Shown here: positions 15,229 through 17,559 of the stretch, piece by piece
How the letters are laid out: each line of letters begins with the position of its first letter
How positions within the stretch are numbered: position 1 is the stretch's first letter
Assembly: GCA_041496385.1 (NCBI GenBank)
Contig: JBGQEL010000089.1
Location: 1-17,559 of the forward strand
From: Candidatus Methylomirabilia bacterium
GTDB taxonomy: Bacteria; Methylomirabilota; Methylomirabilia; Rokubacteriales; CSP1-6
Length of the DNA: 17,559 nt
Direction of reading: 5' to 3'
Translations under genes and position numbers: made by a program
The notes under the pieces: model-generated
The model's input: the letters and a program-made list of their open reading frames with translations, nothing else
Database searches by the model: none
Told to the model about the DNA's origin: nothing

Positions 15229-15498
15229 ATGCCGTGGACGCGGACCCGGCTCGTGGCGGCGCTGCTCGGAGCCCTCGGCCTTCTGCCGGCGGCGGGCGTC
15301 CGTGCGGCCGACCGGGAGACGCAGCCCGACGCGCAGATGCTGCTCGACCTCGATCTCCTGCGCGAGGCCGATCTCCGGCGCGACCGGGGCTTTCTCACCC
15401 GCATGCCGCTGTTCGAACGCATGCGGCTCCTCGAGACGCTGCCCGTGCTCGAGTCCCAGCAGGCGCCGCCCCCCGCGCAGGCCAAGGAGGTGAAGTGA
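15229..15498 (+). CDS. Small secreted hypothetical protein (89 aa)
   Basis: ATG 2 nt after the anti-sigma stop, signal peptide ending GVRA|A, stop 1 nt before the next ATG. Typical codon usage. Confidence 0.78.
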   Translation: MPWTRTRLVAALLGALGLLPAAGVRAADRETQPDAQMLLDLDLLREADLRRDRGFLTRMPLFERMRLLETLPVLESQQAPPPAQAKEVK

Positions 15499-15499
15499 C

Positions 15500-16159
15500 A
15501 TGAAGGCCCGTCTGCTGCCGGGGCTCCTCATCATCATCGTCGCGACGCTCTTCGCGGGGGTCCCCCAAGTCGCCTGGGGCCAGACACCCCGGATCGAGGG
15601 GCTCGACAAGCTCTCGCCCGAGGAGCGCGCGGTCGCCGAGCGGAACCTCGAGCGGTGGCAGAAGCTCACGCCCGAGGAGCGCGCCCGCGCGCTCGAGAAC
15701 TATCGCCACTGGAAGTCGATGAGCCCTCAGGAGCGGCAGTCCGCGCGCGACAACTACGCACGCTTCCGCCGGCTGTCCCCGGAGGAGAAGGGGCGGGTCC
15801 TCAAGGATTTTCAGCGCTGGAACGAGCTCCCCGCCGCGCGCAAGCAGGAGCTCCAGCAGTCCTACGAGCGCTTCCAGCAGCTGCCGCCCGAACGGCGCGA
15901 GCGCATCCTGCAGCGCTACCACCAGTTCGAGGCGATGCCGCAGGAGGAGCGCGAGCGCGTCATGAAGAACTACCAGCGCTGGCAGCAGATGACGCCAGAG
16001 CAGCGCACCCAGGCGCGCGAGCGCTGGCGTCAGACCAAGCCCGAGGAGCGCGAGCGCCTCCGCGAGCAGTGGAAGAACGCCACGCCGGAGGAGCGGGAGC
16101 GGCTCCGGGACCAGTACCGCCGCCAGCACGCGCCGCGCGGCCAGGAGCGCTCGCCGTGA
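15500..16159 (+). CDS. Secreted helical repeat protein, DUF3106-like
   Basis: AAGGAGG RBS and signal peptide ending AWG|Q. About 10 repeats of [WF]xx[LM][STP]PE[EQ]R with 18-aa then 15-aa period. Confidence 0.85.
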   Translation: MKARLLPGLLIIIVATLFAGVPQVAWGQTPRIEGLDKLSPEERAVAERNLERWQKLTPEERARALENYRHWKSMSPQERQSARDNYARFRRLSPEEKGRVLKDFQRWNELPAARKQELQQSYERFQQLPPERRERILQRYHQFEAMPQEERERVMKNYQRWQQMTPEQRTQARERWRQTKPEERERLREQWKNATPEERERLRDQYRRQHAPRGQERSP

Positions 16160-17559
16160 GACGCGCGGCCCTCTGGACGGCCGCCCTCGCCACCCTCGCG
16201 GGCTGCGGCGCGCCGGCCGCGCGCGGCGTCGCCGGCCCCGCCGTCCCGGCGCCCGCGGCCGTCTCCGCGCCGGCCGCCCAGCAGCCCGACGACGAGCGGA
16301 CGATCCTCCACGTGCTGAGCCGTCTCACGTACGGCCCGCGCCCCGGCGACGTCGAGCGCGTGCGCGCCGTCGGCGTGCGCGCGTGGATCGAGGGGCAGCT
16401 CCGTCCCGCGACGATCGACGACGCCGCCACCGACCGGGCGCTCGTCGAGCTCGCCTCGCTGCGCATGTCGATCCCGGAGGCGCTCCGCGCGTATCCGCGG
16501 CCCGATCCGCAGACGCGCGAGAAGCTCCAGAGCGGCCAGATGTCGCGCCAGGAGATGATGGAGTCCTACCCGCCGGAGAAGCGGCCGTACCGGATCACGG
16601 CGGAGCTCCAGGCGGCGAAGATGCTGCGCGCGGTGTCGAGCGGGCGCCAGCTCCAGGAAGTCATGGTCGACTTCTGGTTCAACCACTTCAACGTCTTCGC
16701 GGGCAAGGGCGACGTGCGCTGGTACGTGTCGGCGTACGAACGCGAGGCGATCCGGCCGCACGCGCTGGGCCGGTTCCGGGACCTCGTGAGCGCCACGGCG
16801 CGCCACCCGGCCATGCTCTTCTACCTCGACAACTGGCTCAGCGCCCGCGAGGACTTCATGGTGGTCGCGGGGCCGAACCGCGGGCGGCGGGGCGGCCTCA
16901 ACGAGAACTACGCGCGCGAGCTGATGGAGCTCCACACGCTCGGCGTGGACGGCGGCTACACCCAGAGAGACGTCCGCGAGGTCGCGCGCGCGTTCACCGG
17001 CTGGTCCATCGACCGGCCGCAGGTCGAGGGACGCTTCGTGTTCCGGGGGGCCATGCACGACGTCGGCGAGAAGATCGTGCTCGGCCAGCGCATTCCGGCC
17101 GGAGGCGGCGCCGGCGACGGCGACCGCGTGATCGAGATCCTCACGCGCCACCCCGCGACCGCGCGCTTCGTCGCGACCAAGCTCGTCCGGCGGTTCGTCG
17201 CCGACGCGCCGCCGCCCGCGCTCGTCGAGCGCGTCGCCGCGACGTACACGCGGACCGACGGCGACATTCCGGCGATGCTGCGGACCATCGTCGACTCGCC
17301 CGAGTTCCGGGGCGCGGAGGCCTGGCGCGCGAAGATTAAGAAGCCGTTCGAGTTCGTGGCGAGCGCGACCCGCGCCCTCGGCGCCGTCCTGGATGCCCAG
17401 GGCGCGTTCGCGCTCGCACGGGCGAGCGCCGAGATCGGCGAGCCGCTCTACGAGGCGCAGCCGCCCACGGGCTACAAGGACACCGCGGAGACGTGGGTCA
17501 ACACCGGCGCGCTCCTCGCGCGGATGAACTTCGCGCTGGCGCTCGCGAGCGGCCGCTAC
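16156..17559 (+). CDS. DUF1800 family lipoprotein, partial (runs off the window end)
   Basis: Missing from the ORF track because there is no stop. GTGA overlap, lipobox LAGC. Motifs HVLSRLTYGPRPG, DFWFNHFNV, HPAMLFYLDN, NENYARELMELHTLG, FTGW, KIKKPFE and RMNFA. Confidence 0.92.
   Translation, partial: MRRAALWTAALATLAGCGAPAARGVAGPAVPAPAAVSAPAAQQPDDERTILHVLSRLTYGPRPGDVERVRAVGVRAWIEGQLRPATIDDAATDRALVELASLRMSIPEALRAYPRPDPQTREKLQSGQMSRQEMMESYPPEKRPYRITAELQAAKMLRAVSSGRQLQEVMVDFWFNHFNVFAGKGDVRWYVSAYEREAIRPHALGRFRDLVSATARHPAMLFYLDNWLSAREDFMVVAGPNRGRRGGLNENYARELMELHTLGVDGGYTQRDVREVARAFTGWSIDRPQVEGRFVFRGAMHDVGEKIVLGQRIPAGGGAGDGDRVIEILTRHPATARFVATKLVRRFVADAPPPALVERVAATYTRTDGDIPAMLRTIVDSPEFRGAEAWRAKIKKPFEFVASATRALGAVLDAQGAFALARASAEIGEPLYEAQPPTGYKDTAETWVNTGALLARMNFALALASGRY

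Noticed and set aside
675..17339. Many long overlapping or antisense ORFs and long N-terminal extensions in the ORF track (e.g. 6833-8368, 9932-10951, 16030-17151, 16383-17339)
   Set aside because: Arg/Gly/Ala/Pro-rich shadow frames are expected at this GC content. They have no motifs, and real starts are marked by an RBS or stop/start overlaps.

Overview
A very GC-rich, gene-dense bacterial window. Gene content and style suggest Candidatus Rokubacteria/Methylomirabilota, but that is inference only. The first ~160 bp is a poly-G/poly-C tract, probably a contig-end artefact. Then come a Dpp/Opp-type permease pair (+) and a convergent cupin-GT4 glycosyltransferase pair (-). A divergent + strand run follows: MlrC/M81 metallopeptidase, DUF1054 protein, four tandem 57-bp palindromic repeats, HAD phosphatase and TPMT/HOL-like methyltransferase. 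Next is a complete HAAT (Liv-type) ABC transporter, coupled to an orphan ParB-fold protein and an SDR. Last is an ECF sigma factor module: two interlocked ECF-type promoters, a secreted heptad-repeat protein, competing hairpins, ECF sigma, zinc anti-sigma, a small secreted protein resembling the anti-sigma tail, a DUF3106-like repeat protein, and a DUF1800 lipoprotein truncated by the window end. The most interesting items are the 57-bp repeat array, which is one base away from an in-frame fusion with the HAD gene, and the ECF/DUF3106/DUF1800 envelope module. Family names come from motif recognition by eye, not database searches.
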